Of a stretch of 64,000 nucleotides of DNA, positions 61,783-64,000 are shown piece by piece (positions within the stretch are counted from its first letter, which is position 1; every line of letters starts with the position of its first letter). A program made the position numbers and the translations under genes. This DNA comes from an uncultured bacterium. Lineage in GTDB: Bacteria; Sysuimicrobiota; Sysuimicrobiia; Sysuimicrobiales; Sysuimicrobiaceae. The notes under the pieces are model-generated. The model saw nothing but the letters and a program-made list of their open reading frames with translations, had not been told where the DNA came from and ran no database searches. The stretch covers positions 14,627-78,626 of the forward strand of contig CAYTFH010000002.1 in NCBI GenBank assembly GCA_964437095.1, given 5' to 3'.

Positions 61783-63128
61783 GACGGACCCCCCAGGAAG
61801 GTGCGCCACAGTAGGTACGCGTTGAGGGCCACCACGAGAGCCGTGACCGCCCAAGCGAGGGCGGACGTCAGCCGATGATTGGCCAGGTCCCCCATGAGGC
61901 GGCGGTCGCTGGTGAAGTGGATCAAGGGCACCAGGGCGAAGGGGAGCCCGAAGCTCAGCACCACCTGGCTCAGGACGAGGGTCCACGTGGGATCCAACCC
62001 TAGGGCGATGACGACCAGGGCCGGGGCCATAGTGACCACGCGCCGCAGCCACAGGGGGACGTGACGGCGCAGGTAGCCCTGTATGACCACCTGCCCCGCC
62101 ATGGTGCCCACCGTGGAAGAGGAGAGCCCCGATGCCAGGAGGGAGACGGCGAACATGCTCCCCGCCAGGTCACCCAGAAGCGGCTGCAGGGTCCGGTAGG
62201 CCTCCTCGATGCTTGCTACGTGCGATAGACCCGCGCGGTAGAAGGTGGAGGCTGCCATGACCACCATGGCGGCGTTGATGAGCCCGGCCACGCCCATCGC
62301 CAAAACCACGTCCACCAGCTCCAGTCGGAACAGCCGCTTCGCCTGCTCGGGTGTGAGGACCGGGATTCGGTGCTGCACGAGGGCCGAGTGGAGGAAGATC
62401 ACGTGGGGCATCACGGTGGCCCCCAGGATGCCGGCCGCGAGGAGCACGCTCTCGGCGTCCGAAAACCGGGGAGTGACGGCGGCGCGGGCCAGGGCACCCC
62501 AGTCCGGCCGCTCCAACACGGTCTCCACTACGTAGGCCACCGCGATGACCCCCACCAGGGCGCCGATCACCGCTTCCACGGGACGGTACCCGTACCGCTG
62601 AAGGGCGAGGATGCTAAAGGTCACCGCGGCCGTGAGGAAGCCTGCGGGGAGGAGCGGGATCCCGAACAGGAGGTGCAACCCTAAAGCCGCCCCGAGGAAC
62701 TCCGCCAAATCCGTGGCCATGGCCACGAGTTCCGAGACCGCCCACATGAACCACACCAACGGAACGGGCAGTCGGTCCCGGCAAACCTCGGCGAGGTTGG
62801 ACCCCGTGGCGATTCCGAGCTTGGCGGCAAGGGACTGAACCAGAATGGCGATGAGGTTACTGGCCAGCACCACCCACAGCAGCAGGTACCCATAGCGCGC
62901 ACCGCTCTGGATGTTCGTAGCGTAGTTCCCGGGATCCATGTAGGCCACGGAGGCGACGAAGGCGGGTCCGAGAAAAGGCCAGATCCGGGCCCACCAGGGG
63001 CCCCGCGGCCGCCCCGCGAGGACTTCCTGGGCGGCTCGCAACATGGCCGCGTCCGCGGAGCGCTCGCGGACTGCCGCGGGGGGCTCTTCGGCCGCGGAAT
63101 GCCCTGCGTTGACGGCTCCGTCCTCCAT
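61779..63128 (-). CDS. mntH: NRAMP family divalent metal (Mn2+/Fe2+) transporter MntH
   Basis: LGPAFVASVAYMDPGNYATNIQSGARYGY NRAMP signature (DPGN). Confidence 0.9.
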   Translation of the reverse strand: MEDGAVNAGHSAAEEPPAAVRERSADAAMLRAAQEVLAGRPRGPWWARIWPFLGPAFVASVAYMDPGNYATNIQSGARYGYLLLWVVLASNLIAILVQSLAAKLGIATGSNLAEVCRDRLPVPLVWFMWAVSELVAMATDLAEFLGAALGLHLLFGIPLLPAGFLTAAVTFSILALQRYGYRPVEAVIGALVGVIAVAYVVETVLERPDWGALARAAVTPRFSDAESVLLAAGILGATVMPHVIFLHSALVQHRIPVLTPEQAKRLFRLELVDVVLAMGVAGLINAAMVVMAASTFYRAGLSHVASIEEAYRTLQPLLGDLAGSMFAVSLLASGLSSSTVGTMAGQVVIQGYLRRHVPLWLRRVVTMAPALVVIALGLDPTWTLVLSQVVLSFGLPFALVPLIHFTSDRRLMGDLANHRLTSALAWAVTALVVALNAYLLWRTFLGGPS

Positions 63129-63209
63129 GGTCCGTGCGGGCGACGCAGGAGCGACGCCCCCTTCAGGATGCTACCACCCGGGAAGGGCGGGGGTCGCTGT
63201 GGGAGGGGC

Positions 63210-63241
63210 TTGACCTTCCGGTTTGCGGGAAGCTGTAGGTT
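63210..63241 (+). promoter_or_regulatory. MerR/CueR-type promoter upstream of the P1B-ATPase gene
   Basis: TTGACC-ttccggtttgcgggaagctg-TAGGTT has a 19/20-bp spacer containing a CCTTCC...GGGAAG dyad. Recalled as nearly the same layout as E. coli PcopA (TTGACCTTCC...GGAAGG). Confidence 0.5.
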
Positions 63242-63279
63242 GGGGCGGGAGAAAGAGAGAGGCGCGGAGGGGAGTCCCG

Positions 63280-64000
63280 GTGACTGCGGGGGCTGCCAAG
63301 CTCCTCGTGAAGCTCGGAGGCATGCACTGCTCTTTGTGCGTGGAGTCGGCGCGCAAGGCGGTTCGCAGGCTCCCCGGCGTTCGGTCTGTTCACGTGTCCA
63401 TCGCCCACAGCGAAGCCCTGGTGGAATACGACCCGGCGCGCGTGAGCCCTGAGGCCATCTCCGAGGCTCTCCGAGCCGTGGGCTTCCCGGTCCTGCCCCC
63501 CGACGAGGCCGGGCGCCTTGCGGAGGAGGAACGGGAGCTGCGCCGGGCGCGGGGGCTGGCGTGGCTGGGGGGCGCCCTGATGGCCGCCGCCACGGCCCTG
63601 ATGGGCGCGAGCGCCCTGTGGGGGCTCAGCAGGGCGCGGGCGCTGGTGCTGGGGGCTTTGGCCCTGGGGACGGCTGTGGGGCCCGCGGCGTGGGTCCTGC
63701 GCAACGCCTGGCAGTCCGTGCGCCGGGGCATCCTCAACCAGGACGTGCTGGCGGCCGCCTCGGCCCTGGCGGGTCTTGGGGGCGGCATCGTAGGGCTGTG
63801 GTCCCCCCGCCTTCCCCGCCGGAGAGTTCTTCGCCGCCGCGGTGTTCGTGTTCGGCTTCCACCTCGTGGGCGGCTACCTTTCGGTGCTGGTGCACGTACG
63901 CGCTTCCCAGTCGGTCCGCAAGCTGCTGAGCTTGGCCCCGGCCACCGCATGGAGGGTGCTGCCGGACGGGTCGGAGGAGGAAGTCCCGGTGGGGGGGCTG
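63280..64000 (+). CDS. copA: heavy-metal (copper-type) P1B-ATPase, partial, with apparent +1 frameshift in a C6 run
   Basis: N-terminal HMA domain (GMHCSLCVESARKAV). The P-type ATPase TM region shifts frame at CCCCCC (63804-63809). Deleting one C gives LWSPAFPAGEFFAAAVFVFGFHLVGGYLSVLVHVRASQSVRKLL. GTG start after GGAGGGGAG. Confidence 0.65.
   Translation, partial: MTAGAAKLLVKLGGMHCSLCVESARKAVRRLPGVRSVHVSIAHSEALVEYDPARVSPEAISEALRAVGFPVLPPDEAGRLAEEERELRRARGLAWLGGALMAAATALMGASALWGLSRARALVLGALALGTAVGPAAWVLRNAWQSVRRGILNQDVLAAASALAGLGGGIVGLWSPRLPRRRVLRRRGVRVRLPPRGRLPFGAGARTRFPVGPQAAELGPGHRMEGAAGRVGGGSPGGGA

Overview
This is a high-GC (about 70%) bacterial chromosomal window that is densely coding on both strands. 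Most genes have GGAGG-type ribosome-binding sites and many overlap their neighbours by a few bases, implying translational coupling. The largest block is a heat-shock regulon: a MerR-family HspR-like repressor gene leads an hspR-hsp20-dnaK-grpE-cbpA(dnaJ)-clpB operon that carries HAIR-like inverted repeats over its promoter. A second similar dyad sits upstream of an SDH-family serine protease and short-Hsp20 operon that is divergent from a PRC-barrel/BON stress protein. A compatible-solute and carbohydrate cluster includes a Usp-fused GpgS (glucosyl-3-phosphoglycerate synthase), a GH63 hydrolase, MscS, GlgC, PGI/PMI, an orphan MalK-like ATPase, a ROK glucokinase, and an apparent cyclic 2,3-diphosphoglycerate synthetase homolog coupled to argS. 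One seven-gene minus-strand operon fuses accD-accA-accB-accC to 2-oxoacid dehydrogenase E1alpha-E1beta-E2. A minimal arsenic module (arsR, a GNAT gene, arsM) carries what looks like a leaderless promoter. A housekeeping stretch (rho through prfA-prmC-tsaC-rpiB-glyA-upp-comEB plus a two-component system) follows Bacillus-like synteny. A metal and fluoride island holds crcB, DUF190, usp, mntH and a copA-like gene. Both crcB and the copA-like gene show single-base frameshifts, and the latter has a CueR-type MerR promoter upstream. No CRISPR array, rRNA, tRNA or obvious mobile element was found. Many long antisense ORFs in the six-frame track are GC-driven artefacts. All functional calls rest on recalled protein-family motifs; nothing was searched.
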